Of a stretch of 57,684 nt of DNA, positions 49,573 to 57,406 are shown piece after piece. This DNA comes from Paracoccaceae bacterium (GTDB lineage: Bacteria > Pseudomonadota > Alphaproteobacteria > Rhodobacterales > Rhodobacteraceae). The notes under the pieces were generated by a model. The model did no database searches and was not told the DNA's origin. It saw only the letters and a list, made by a program, of their open reading frames with translations. Both the position numbers and the translations under genes were made by a program. The DNA is taken from the NCBI GenBank assembly GCA_037968535.1, contig JBBKVT010000187.1, forward strand, positions 1 through 57,684, given 5' to 3'. Positions within the stretch are counted from its first letter, which is position 1; each line of letters opens with the position of its first letter.

Positions 49573-50906
49573 GACATCAACCTTTGCGCCAGTTGGTTTT
49601 GACGCTCGATAACTCGTGCCAGATCGATCGTCATCAACTGACCGTCGCGCACGATCTGGCGTCCCTCGACAAAGAGATCGCGCGCCTGCGTCGGACCGGC
49701 CAAGAGGATCGCGGCAGGATCCCAGCTGCCGGCAGAGGCGACGCACCTGACATCCCAGACCGCGATGTCGGCGCGTTTTCCGACTGCGATCTGTCCGCAA
49801 TCGGGACGGCCCAGAACCTCTGCCCCGCCCCTTGTCGCTATCTCCAGTGCCTCGCGGGCGCTCATCCGGTCGGCGCCTCCGGCGACCCGTTGCAACAACA
49901 TCGCCTGGCGCGCCTCGGCCACCAGATTTCCACTGTCGTTTGACGCCGATCCATCGACGCCCAAGCCAACCTTGACGCCGCTGTCGCGCATCGCACGTAT
50001 CGGGGCAATGCCGGAACCGAGACGGCAGTTCGAACACGGGCAATGCGCCACCCCGGTGCGGGACCGTGCAAAAAGCGCGATCTCGGACCCATCCAGCTTG
50101 ACGCAATGCGCATGCCAGACGTCGTCGCCGGTCCAACCGAGATCCTCGGCATATTGGCCGGGACGACAGCCAAACCGGGAAAGCGAATAGGCGATATCCT
50201 CTTCATTCTCGGCCAGATGGGTGTGCAGCATGACGCCCTTGTCGCGGGCCAGAAGTGCCGCATCCCGCATCAACTCGCGGCTGACCGAGAACGGGGAACA
50301 GGGTGCCACTCCGACCCGCAGCATCGAGCCTTCGGCCGCGTCGTGATGGGAGTCAATGACCCTGATGCAGTCGTTCAGTATTTCGGCGTCTGTTTCGACC
50401 AGTTTGTCAGGCGGCAAACCGCCCGCGCTTTCGCCAATCGACATCGCACCGCGCGTGGGATGGAAGCGCAGTCCGATCTCTTTTGCAGCGTCGATCGTGT
50501 CGTCAAGGCGGGCACCGTTGGGAAAGAGATAGAGGTGGTCCGAACTCAGCGAGCAGCCCGACAAGGCAAGCTCTGCCAGTCCGATCAGCGCCGAGATCCG
50601 CATTTCCTCGGGGCCAAAACGTTCCCAGATCGGGTAGAGCGTCTTTAGCCAGCCGAAAAGCAGTGCGTCCTGACCGCCGGGAACCGCGCGGGTCAGGGAC
50701 TGGTAGAGATGGTGATGCGTGTTCACCAGACCCGGGGTGACAACGCATCCGCGTGCGTCCACAATTTCGCCGGACGTTCGCAGGTCATGGCCGATTTCGG
50801 TGATGACGCCACCCTGGATTCGGATGTCCGCGCCGACAAGTTCTTGCCGGTCGTCATCCATCGTCAAAATGCAGTCCGCATTTTGCAACAATGTCTCTTT
50901 GGTCAT
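49569..50906 (-). CDS. 8-oxoguanine deaminase-like amidohydrolase
   Basis: ATG 50906: MTKETLLQNADCILTMDDD...VTPGLVNTHHHLYQSLTRA.... Subfamily assignment is from memory. Confidence 0.8.
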   Translation of the reverse strand: MTKETLLQNADCILTMDDDRQELVGADIRIQGGVITEIGHDLRTSGEIVDARGCVVTPGLVNTHHHLYQSLTRAVPGGQDALLFGWLKTLYPIWERFGPEEMRISALIGLAELALSGCSLSSDHLYLFPNGARLDDTIDAAKEIGLRFHPTRGAMSIGESAGGLPPDKLVETDAEILNDCIRVIDSHHDAAEGSMLRVGVAPCSPFSVSRELMRDAALLARDKGVMLHTHLAENEEDIAYSLSRFGCRPGQYAEDLGWTGDDVWHAHCVKLDGSEIALFARSRTGVAHCPCSNCRLGSGIAPIRAMRDSGVKVGLGVDGSASNDSGNLVAEARQAMLLQRVAGGADRMSAREALEIATRGGAEVLGRPDCGQIAVGKRADIAVWDVRCVASAGSWDPAAILLAGPTQARDLFVEGRQIVRDGQLMTIDLARVIERQNQLAQRLMS

Positions 50907-51066
50907 TGGGATCGCCTTTACACTTCGCTTCGGCCCGTTCGGATGAAGTGTGCAAGCGCGCCGACAGAAGGGGCAAAGGACTCGGGCGCGGCGCCACGAT
51001 ACGACCGCTGCGAGCAGGCGCAAAGCCGATTTTGATCGTCCGGCGGGGATTTTGAGTTCCAGCCGG

Positions 51067-51107
51067 CTCAAAAGAAAAACCGCCGAAGACGAAATGCTCC
51101 GGCGGTT
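51067..51107 (-). terminator. Rho-independent terminator of csbD-like gene
   Basis: Minus strand: AACCGCCG-GAGCAUUUCGUCUU-CGGCGGUU followed by UUUCUUUUG. Confidence 0.7.
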
Positions 51108-51135
51108 CCTGGTTGTTCGTGAGTGGTAGCGCGTG

Positions 51136-51330
51136 TCAGGAGTTCAGGAAATCGTCGATTTCTTTTTCCGCTTCATCGCGCGTCTTGCCGTATTTTTCCT
51201 GGATTATGCCTTCCAGTTCCTGTCGATTGCCTTGCACGCGATCCAGATCGTCATCCGTCAGATCGCCCCATTTTTTCTGGATTTTGCCTTTGGCCTGTTT
51301 CCAGTTGCCTTCAATTTGATCCCAGTTCAT
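51136..51330 (-). CDS. CsbD-family general stress protein
   Basis: ATG 51330: MNWDQIEGNWKQAKGKIQKKWGDLTDDDLDRVQGNRQELEGIIQEKYG.... 64 aa. Confidence 0.92.
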   Translation of the reverse strand: MNWDQIEGNWKQAKGKIQKKWGDLTDDDLDRVQGNRQELEGIIQEKYGKTRDEAEKEIDDFLNS

Positions 51331-51366
51331 GTCGAGTTCCTTCCGAGCAGTTGGTGATGACGAGAA

Positions 51367-51391
51367 AACGCCGCGCGCGCGGCTTTGTTCC
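51367..51391 (-). promoter_or_regulatory. EcfG-type promoter of the csbD-like gene: GGAAC-N16-CGTT
   Basis: Minus strand: GGAAC (51391-51387), 16-nt spacer, CGTT (51370-51367). The ATG lies 37 nt downstream of the -10. Confidence 0.7.
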
Positions 51392-51437
51392 GCGCAAGTT
51401 GTGTTCGGCAAAGCTTCGCCGACGGAGTCTGACGGAC

Positions 51438-51464
51438 GGAACTTGCGGCGGTCCGGCCGGGTTT
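51438..51464 (+). promoter_or_regulatory. Possible EcfG-type promoter of the PRC-barrel gene: GGAAC-N17-GGTT (weaker -10)
   Basis: GGAAC at 51438-51442, GGTT at 51460-51463. It satisfies the looser GGAAC-N19-TT form. Confidence 0.4.
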
Positions 51465-51514
51465 TCCTTTACGTAGCGCATTGCTTTGCGGCGCTAATGA
51501 AAAGGAGAAAGACC

Positions 51515-52057
51515 ATGTTTATCAAACACCTTCTGGCTTCTGCCGGGATTGCGGCGGTCCTTGCGGGCTCTGCCATCGCTGAAAGCCATGCAAGTGCTGA
51601 CGTATCGACCGATGCTGGCACCACGATGGATGCGACTACCGCCGTGGACGGTGCCGATGCTACCGCTACGGTCGAAGGTTCGACCAGTGTCGATGGCTCG
51701 ACAAGCGTTGACGGAACGGCCACGCCCTCAACCACCACGACCGCTGAGGCGACAGCCGAAACTGATGCGATGGTCGATGTTGATATTGCCACCGTCGCGC
51801 CAGAGACGCTGACGGGCGCACGGGTCTATGACCAAAATGACAAATGGATCGGCGAGGTTTCGTCCGTCTTGGTCGATAGCAGCGGAAAGGCCGAAAAGGT
51901 CGTCGTCGATGTCGGCGGATTCCTTGGAATCGGTGAAAAGCCCGTCGCGCTGAACTTTGACGACCTGCAAGTCAAATCGGATGGCAACGCCGCCTATTCG
52001 GTGTATGTCGCCATGAGCGAGGCAGAACTGGAAGAGATGCCGGATTACGAAGGCTAG
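51515..52057 (+). CDS. PRC-barrel domain protein, secreted, with a Thr/Ala/Asp/Val-rich low-complexity linker
   Basis: ATG 51515 follows AAAGGAGA. Signal peptide MFIKHLLASAGIAAVLAGSAIA. The C-terminal PRC barrel is ...GARVYDQNDKWIGEVSSVLVD..GKAEKVVVDVGGFLGIGEKPVAL... Confidence 0.85.
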   Translation: MFIKHLLASAGIAAVLAGSAIAESHASADVSTDAGTTMDATTAVDGADATATVEGSTSVDGSTSVDGTATPSTTTTAEATAETDAMVDVDIATVAPETLTGARVYDQNDKWIGEVSSVLVDSSGKAEKVVVDVGGFLGIGEKPVALNFDDLQVKSDGNAAYSVYVAMSEAELEEMPDYEG

Positions 52058-52112
52058 ACCTGAGGATCCAGCGCCGGACCCTAGATCCGGGGTCCGGTAA
52101 TAGCCTCTGTTC

Positions 52113-52137
52113 GGAACCAACTCGCGGAGTTCACGTT
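52113..52137 (+). promoter_or_regulatory. EcfG-type promoter of the AI-2E permease gene: GGAAC-N16-CGTT
   Basis: GGAAC at 52113-52117, CGTT at 52134-52137. The ATG is at 52161. Confidence 0.65.
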
Positions 52138-52160
52138 GACGCGAGCAAGGGGTCCGAGAA

Positions 52161-53246
52161 ATGAGCCATGAAACCCAATCGAGATGGGCGCTGATCGTTC
52201 TGGCAACGGTCGCGTTTTTTGCTGCGCTTTGGGTTGCGCAGCCGGTTTTTGCGCCACTGACGCTCGCGTTCATGCTGGCAGTCATTCTGTCCCCATTGTC
52301 AGATTTTTGGCAGCGGCTCGGGATCCCGGTGATGATCAGCAGCTTGCTGACGCTGCTCGTCACATTGGCTGCTTTGGGCTTGCTGGTTCTGGCGCTGGAA
52401 CCTGTTGCGACCGGGGTCTACCAGAAGGCGCCGCTTATCAAATCGGAAATGCGCGGCGCAGTTGCGGGGCTGCAGGAGATGATGCGGGGACTTGATGAAG
52501 TTTCCGAAGAGGTGAACAAGGCGATTTCGCCCGAGGATCCAGCCAATCCCGACACCGACGCTGCCCCCAAAGAGAATGCAGTCGAAGTTCCGCAAGCTTC
52601 TGACGCATTGTTTCTAGCCCCGGCGATCGCCGGTCAGCTGATGATTTTTGTCGGCGGTCTCTATTTCTTTTTGCTCTGCCGGCAGGAAGTTTACGGCTGG
52701 CTGGCGCAGTTTACCCGCGGATCTGACAGAGCGACGTTAGAGGTGTTCCGCAACGCCGAACGGCTGGTGGCGCGATATTCGATGACGGTGACGCTGATAA
52801 ACGCGGGCCTTGGCGTTGCGGTCTGGGCCGCTCTGCAGATTGTCGGCATGCCGGGTGCTGCGCTTTGGGCATTTGTCGTCGTGCTGATGAATTTCGTCAT
52901 GTATCTGGGTCCGGCGATCGTTGCGGTAGCTCTTGCTGTGGCCGGGACCGTGGTTTTTGACGGGCTTTATTCGATCGTTCCAGCGGCTGTCTTTGTTGGC
53001 CTGAACGTGATCGAGGGTCAGTTCGTCACGCCAACGCTGGTCGGGCATCACATGCGGGTCAGTCCGCTTCTGGTGTTCCTGTCGCTGTGCTTGTGGCTTT
53101 GGCTATGGGGGCCGATCGGCGGGATCGTCGCAATTCCGGTACTGGTCTGGGTGCTCGCGGTGGCCAAGGGGCTGGGCATCGACCAACCGATGTCGGATCG
53201 AAGTGTCGCCAGCCCGATCGACAAACTCGATCCGGCAAAGGGTTAA
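52161..53246 (+). CDS. AI-2E family transporter (second copy in the window)
   Basis: 361 aa, multi-TM, ...NFVMYLGPAIV...IEGQFVTPTLVG... Confidence 0.85.
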   Translation: MSHETQSRWALIVLATVAFFAALWVAQPVFAPLTLAFMLAVILSPLSDFWQRLGIPVMISSLLTLLVTLAALGLLVLALEPVATGVYQKAPLIKSEMRGAVAGLQEMMRGLDEVSEEVNKAISPEDPANPDTDAAPKENAVEVPQASDALFLAPAIAGQLMIFVGGLYFFLLCRQEVYGWLAQFTRGSDRATLEVFRNAERLVARYSMTVTLINAGLGVAVWAALQIVGMPGAALWAFVVVLMNFVMYLGPAIVAVALAVAGTVVFDGLYSIVPAAVFVGLNVIEGQFVTPTLVGHHMRVSPLLVFLSLCLWLWLWGPIGGIVAIPVLVWVLAVAKGLGIDQPMSDRSVASPIDKLDPAKG

Positions 53247-53255
53247 GCGGTCAAG

Positions 53256-55010
53256 TTAAGCCGTCGCACCGGCAGGCGAGACAGTGGATTCATTGTATTC
53301 GTTTGTATTCTGCTTTGGGAACCAAAGCTCCAGACGGAAAGATTCATCATCGCGCTCGATCTTGTATTCGCCTTCCAGCTGGTGGACGAATGCGCGGATC
53401 AACTGCTCGCCGAGCCCCGTGCTGGGGGAGTAGTCATCCGAGACCAAGCGTTGTCCGGTCGAATTCGCGATTTCAAGAATCCAGCTATCCGAGGTCTCTG
53501 CGTTCATCTTGGCCGATATCCAGGGCGGTCCATCCTGCGGCTTGCCGATGTATTTCAATGCTTTGGTAACCGCTTCGGTCGCAACCAAGGTCAGCGGAAC
53601 CGCCTGATCGGGATAAAGGATGGTAGGTTCGAAATCGAGGCTGACCTCTACGCCGCTGTCAGGCGGAAGGCCTGCATCAAGGATGTGATGACACAGCGCA
53701 TTGAGCATTTCATCGGCTCTAACCATACCCTCGGTCGAGGTTTCGTAGAGGTTCTGGTGAACGATCGCCAAACTCATGACCCGGTTCTGAACGTCGGTCA
53801 GAGCAGCCTTGGTGCCGGGGACGCTGGCCTTGCGGATCGTCATGTTCAGGATGGACGCGATCAGCTGAAGGTTGTTCTTGACCCGGTGGTGAACTTCTTT
53901 CAGCAGCACATTCTTGTCGTGGATCGTATCTTCGAGCTCGGCCTCGTCCCGCAGCACACTGGTCGCCAGCCGTTCCCATGTCTCGTCAATCTCGCGCAAC
54001 TCGGTAGGAACGGATCGACCGCCTTTTGGCGGGCTGATCTGGCGGGACCGCATGAATAAAAGCATTCTAGCGCGCAGATTGCGAGTCGGACCGATGATCA
54101 TGCGATCGACGGCCAGATAGGCCACTCCGAGGCAGGCAAGCCACATCAGCACCGGGAAAAGTACCGGCATTGCAAGGTTGACCATACCCGGCGCGAAAGC
54201 CAGCCGGTTGTATTTCCACACTCCCAGTCCGTAAACCAGATTTGACACGATCGGCACTACGGCAAACACGCGTTTTTCGCCACTGGCCGTTTCGCCGGTG
54301 AAGGCGACCTGTGGTTTGCCAACAAAATCTTTCAGCGAGCGGCCCTTGGGCAGGCGCAGTTCGACCCCCTCCATACCCGATTCCGCGGTCAGAACTTCGC
54401 CGTCACTGTTGAACGATATAAGATCAACCGGGCGATCGGTGGCCAGATCTTCCAACGACCGGCGAAGCCGGACATGCGGCAGCGAAACCGCGACATAACC
54501 GTCAAAAACGGCGCCATTCATCTCTGGAACAGCAAGCACAATCACCGACGTGCCACTGACTAACCCTTGCCGGTTCACCGTGGCATATGGTCGGGGGCGG
54601 TCCTTCATTCGGAGAAACAGCGCGCTATCGGAAAGGTCCGTGCCCGCCCCACTGGAGGCACAGGTCACCACGCCTTCGGCGTTGACATACCCAGCAAAGG
54701 AAAACGCGTCCGACGCCCGCAGGTAGCGGGTCATGACCGGCTCGCAGGCCTCTGAGTCGTCGCGGATGTCGGGGATGAAGCTGGCGATTGCCTGGGCCGC
54801 TCCGAAACCGGTTCGAATCAAACCTTCCTCCCCGCCCAACGCCTTGGCGGTCAGCGCTAGCAGAGTTGTCTCGGCCCGCCGGTTCGACTGGTCGATCATC
54901 TGCAAGGTTTGCGCAATCGCAATGATCCCGATTGGCAAAAGGGTCGCGGCCAGCAGCACCGCGATCCGAAATGCCAGTCCGCGACTTGCCTTGCTCAACC
55001 ATGAAATCAA
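53256..55010 (-). CDS. HWE/HisKA_2-type sensor histidine kinase with a periplasmic sensor domain (PhyK-like general stress response kinase)
   Basis: 584 aa. The TTG start overlaps the ecfG stop. Two TM segments flank a sensor domain of about 260 aa. H-box EVHHRVKNNLQLIASIL. Confidence 0.85.
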   Translation of the reverse strand: MISWLSKASRGLAFRIAVLLAATLLPIGIIAIAQTLQMIDQSNRRAETTLLALTAKALGGEEGLIRTGFGAAQAIASFIPDIRDDSEACEPVMTRYLRASDAFSFAGYVNAEGVVTCASSGAGTDLSDSALFLRMKDRPRPYATVNRQGLVSGTSVIVLAVPEMNGAVFDGYVAVSLPHVRLRRSLEDLATDRPVDLISFNSDGEVLTAESGMEGVELRLPKGRSLKDFVGKPQVAFTGETASGEKRVFAVVPIVSNLVYGLGVWKYNRLAFAPGMVNLAMPVLFPVLMWLACLGVAYLAVDRMIIGPTRNLRARMLLFMRSRQISPPKGGRSVPTELREIDETWERLATSVLRDEAELEDTIHDKNVLLKEVHHRVKNNLQLIASILNMTIRKASVPGTKAALTDVQNRVMSLAIVHQNLYETSTEGMVRADEMLNALCHHILDAGLPPDSGVEVSLDFEPTILYPDQAVPLTLVATEAVTKALKYIGKPQDGPPWISAKMNAETSDSWILEIANSTGQRLVSDDYSPSTGLGEQLIRAFVHQLEGEYKIERDDESFRLELWFPKQNTNEYNESTVSPAGATA

Positions 55011-55591
55011 GCGGAATGCCTTTTCGTTGAGAACGTGGAATTGATGACCGCCATAGTCGATTTGTCAGTCAGTTCCATTCCCTCTTCATCCGACATTCCC
55101 AACGCCGCGACCAGTCTCACGCGTCCCCGGTTCACGCGGCTCTTGATCGTGCCGACGGCGACGGCGCAGGTTTCGGCGGCCTCTTCGTAGGAAAACCCCA
55201 TCGCGCCAACGAGCATCAGGGCTTCACGCTGCTCTGAAGGTAGTTGGGCGAATGCAGTCTCAAAATCGGCCATCGCCATGCGACCGTCATGATCTGGCTT
55301 TTGCGAAAGGGTCGCGGCCATTTTACCGTCGATATCAGCGACCTCGCGTTTGCTTTTGCGGCGGTCCGAGTAGAACGTGTTGCGCAGGATGGTGAAAAGC
55401 CAAGCCCGCATATTCGTTCCGGGATCGAATTTTTCGATGTTTTTCCAAGCTTTTACGATTGTATCTTGAACTAAATCGTCAGCCGCCGACCCGTTTCTGG
55501 TCAGGCTGAGTGCAAAAGCACGCATCGCGCGCAAATGCACTACAATCTCGTCCTTTGGATCGGCATGTTCACGATCCGTCTTCTTGTTCAT
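55007..55591 (-). CDS. ecfG: ECF sigma factor, EcfG (ECF15) type
   Basis: 194 aa, region 2 ...DDLVQDTIVKAWKNIEKFDPGTNMRAWLFTILRN..., region 4 ...FSYEEAAETCAVAVGTIKSRVNRGR.... The ATG overlaps the nepR stop (ATGA). Confidence 0.9.
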   Translation of the reverse strand: MNKKTDREHADPKDEIVVHLRAMRAFALSLTRNGSAADDLVQDTIVKAWKNIEKFDPGTNMRAWLFTILRNTFYSDRRKSKREVADIDGKMAATLSQKPDHDGRMAMADFETAFAQLPSEQREALMLVGAMGFSYEEAAETCAVAVGTIKSRVNRGRVRLVAALGMSDEEGMELTDKSTMAVINSTFSTKRHSA

Positions 55592-55770
55592 TTGCTGTCA
55601 TCCTGCTCTTTCAGGCGACGCAAGAGCTCAGCAAACCGATCGGGTACATCTTCCTCGACGGTTTTCTGATATACTTTTCTTAAGTTCTCGTCGATCTGCC
55701 GCTCCAGGCCGGATTTGGGTTTGTCCCGATCCATTGTTAAGTTCCCGCTTGTCATCTTCTCGCTTGTCAT
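55588..55770 (-). CDS. nepR: Anti-sigma factor NepR
   Basis: 60 aa, ...IDENLRKVYQKTVEEDVPDRFAELLRRLKEQD (NepR signature). Confidence 0.88.
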   Translation of the reverse strand: MTSEKMTSGNLTMDRDKPKSGLERQIDENLRKVYQKTVEEDVPDRFAELLRRLKEQDDSK

Positions 55771-55791
55771 ATCAAAAAATTTGCCACATCA

Positions 55792-55823
55792 GGAACCAAA
55801 CTTTGAATAACGAGTTTGGTTCC
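55792..55823. promoter_or_regulatory. 32-bp palindrome carrying two fully overlapping divergent EcfG-type promoters (phyR rightward, nepR-ecfG-kinase leftward)
   Basis: GGAACCAAACT-TTGAATAACG-AGTTTGGTTCC. Each strand reads GGAAC-N16-AGTT (or N17-GTTT). The arms are 11 bp and perfect. Confidence 0.65.
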
Positions 55824-55848
55824 GGGAAAACAAAAAAGGGGTGCATAA

Positions 55849-56661
55849 ATGTCAGATTCCGTAGATCGGGTTCCTATAAGTCAAATTGTGGGCAACCTGC
55901 TGCCGTACCTGCGTCGGTACGCCCGTGCCTTGACTGGCAGCCAGCGAACTGGCGACACGTACGCAGCGGCGACTCTTGAATCAATCATCAGCGATCGATC
56001 GGCCTTTGAGTCCGATTTGCCCCCTAAGATTGTGATATTCAAGGCATTTCACGCGATCTGGACAAGTGCAGGGGCGCCGATCGAGGGGACAGAATCGGGC
56101 ATTGCCGCCCGCGCGCAGGCGCATCTGGCCAAATTGACACCAAACACCCGCGAGGCGCTTCTGCTTTCCACAATTGAAGAGTTCAGCCCGTCCGAGATCG
56201 CCCAGATTATGGAAGTCGAGGAAAGCGACGTCGATCATTATCTCTCGATTGCGCGCCGCGAACTGGAAGACAGTATCAGCGGCCGGATCCTGGTCATTGA
56301 GGATGAGGCAATCATCGCGTTAGATCTTCAGAGCATTGTGGCAGACATGGGTCATGCGATTACTGGCGTGGCGCGCACGCACGCTGGGGCTGTCGCGTTG
56401 GCCGGCAAGGAACAGCCGGACCTCATTCTGTCCGACATTCAATTGGCAGATGGCTCATCGGGGATCGAGGCGGTTAACGAGATACTTCGCGCCGCTGGGG
56501 ATATTCCGGTGATCTTCATCACAGCGTTCCCAGAACGTTTGCTGACGGGCGATCGGCCCGAACCAGCTTTTGTCATAACCAAACCCTATTCCGAGAAACA
56601 AGTTCAGGTCGCGGTGAGTCAAGCCATGTTCTTTGCCAGCACGGAAACGCTTCACGCCTGA
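55849..56661 (+). CDS. phyR: Anti-anti-sigma response regulator PhyR (sigma-like N-domain plus receiver)
   Basis: 270 aa, ...LLPYLRRYARALTGSQ..., receiver RILVIEDEAIIALDL...DLILSDIQLADG.... Confidence 0.92.
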   Translation: MSDSVDRVPISQIVGNLLPYLRRYARALTGSQRTGDTYAAATLESIISDRSAFESDLPPKIVIFKAFHAIWTSAGAPIEGTESGIAARAQAHLAKLTPNTREALLLSTIEEFSPSEIAQIMEVEESDVDHYLSIARRELEDSISGRILVIEDEAIIALDLQSIVADMGHAITGVARTHAGAVALAGKEQPDLILSDIQLADGSSGIEAVNEILRAAGDIPVIFITAFPERLLTGDRPEPAFVITKPYSEKQVQVAVSQAMFFASTETLHA

Positions 56662-56677
56662 GCTTTTGCGCGGCAGA

Positions 56678-56710
56678 AACAGCCACACGCCCAAGGGGAC
56701 AGTGGCTGTT
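56678..56710. terminator. Hairpin between convergent phyR and the DUF1328 gene (possible bidirectional terminator)
   Basis: AACAGCCAC-(15 nt)-GTGGCTGTT, a 9-bp stem. The U-tract is weak. Confidence 0.4.
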
Positions 56711-56722
56711 GTGTGGTGTCGC

Positions 56723-56896
56723 TCAAACTGGTGGTTTGCCTCGTACGGCGCGGACTATCAGTGCGATAACGAAGAGCGCAATGAAGAGGAAGAATAGAAA
56801 TTGTGCAATTCCGGCGGAAGCACTTGCAATACCGCCGAATCCAAATACGGCGGCGATCAGTGCTACAACAAGAAACGTCAGGGCCCAGCCAAGCAT
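56723..56896 (-). CDS. DUF1328 (YtjA-like) small membrane protein
   Basis: ATG 56896 follows AAGGAGA: [24 protein letters not shown].... 57 aa. Confidence 0.88.
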   Translation of the reverse strand: MLGWALTFLVVALIAAVFGFGGIASASAGIAQFLFFLFIALFVIALIVRAVRGKPPV

Positions 56897-56940
56897 GATA
56901 TTCTCCTTTTTCAAGTTTTTGCAGTTTGTCTCTAATCATG

Positions 56941-56966
56941 AAACACTGTGGATCATTATTTGTTCC
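56941..56966 (-). promoter_or_regulatory. EcfG-type promoter candidate of the DUF1328 gene: GGAAC-N17-GTTT
   Basis: Minus strand: GGAAC (56966-56962), 17-nt spacer, GTTT (56944-56941). Confidence 0.5.
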
Positions 56967-56971
56967 GAAGT

Positions 56972-56998
56972 TTGGCCATTACAGGTTGGCCATTACAG
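56972..56998. repeat. Tandem direct repeat TTGGCCATTACAG-G-TTGGCCATTACAG
   Basis: Two identical 13-mers (56972-56984 and 56986-56998) sit in the 38-bp gap between two divergent -35 elements (56962-56966 and 57005-57009). Confidence 0.8.
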
Positions 56999-57004
56999 AG
57001 CTGC

Positions 57005-57030
57005 GGAACCTTCGGTTGTCGTACGACGTT
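57005..57030 (+). promoter_or_regulatory. EcfG-type promoter of the DUF883 operon: GGAAC-N17-CGTT
   Basis: GGAAC at 57005-57009, CGTT at 57027-57030. The ATG is at 57074. Confidence 0.7.
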
Positions 57031-57073
57031 AACCTTGTGAAATCATGTATCCATAGTCAAAGAGGAACATCCA

Positions 57074-57397
57074 ATGGCCCGTGTTACCGGAAGCCTTACC
57101 GAGCCCACCACCGCCGACCTGCAGGAACAGCTTGAAGCGCTCAAGATCGACATCGCCAACCTCGGCTCTACCTTGACTGAATACGGCAAAGCACAGGGCG
57201 AACACCTGAAATCCGCAGCCAAGGATCAGGCTCGGTACCTGCGGGAAAAAGGCGAGCAAAGTGTCACTTACGCTCAACAATCGGCCACAAAGGCTTATCA
57301 TCAAGCAGAAGATTCGGTTCGTGAAAATCCGGCGGCAGCTGTTGGCATTGCGGCCGCAATCGGGTTCATGGTCGGCCTGATCGCCGGTAGACGCTAG
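57074..57397 (+). CDS. DUF883 (ElaB/YqjD-like) C-tail-anchored stress protein
   Basis: 107 aa, a coiled N-part and a C-terminal ...NPAAAVGIAAAIGFMVGLIAGRR anchor. Confidence 0.88.
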   Translation: MARVTGSLTEPTTADLQEQLEALKIDIANLGSTLTEYGKAQGEHLKSAAKDQARYLREKGEQSVTYAQQSATKAYHQAEDSVRENPAAAVGIAAAIGFMVGLIAGRR

Positions 57398-57406
57398 GCG
57401 CACTGC

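Noticed and set aside
51038-51056. GTCCGGCGGGGATTTTGAG, a possible seventh, very degenerate copy of the 20-mer repeat.
   Set aside because: It shares only CCGGCGGGGAT and a T-run with the core, lacks the TA and lacks the right arm. That is too weak to count as a family member.
56947-56955. TGTGGATCA, which is identical to the reverse complement of a Caulobacter-type DnaA G-box (TGATCCACA, from memory).
   Set aside because: It is a single isolated 9-mer inside a promoter spacer, with no cluster of boxes, AT-rich unwinding element or origin-linked genes. It is most likely chance.
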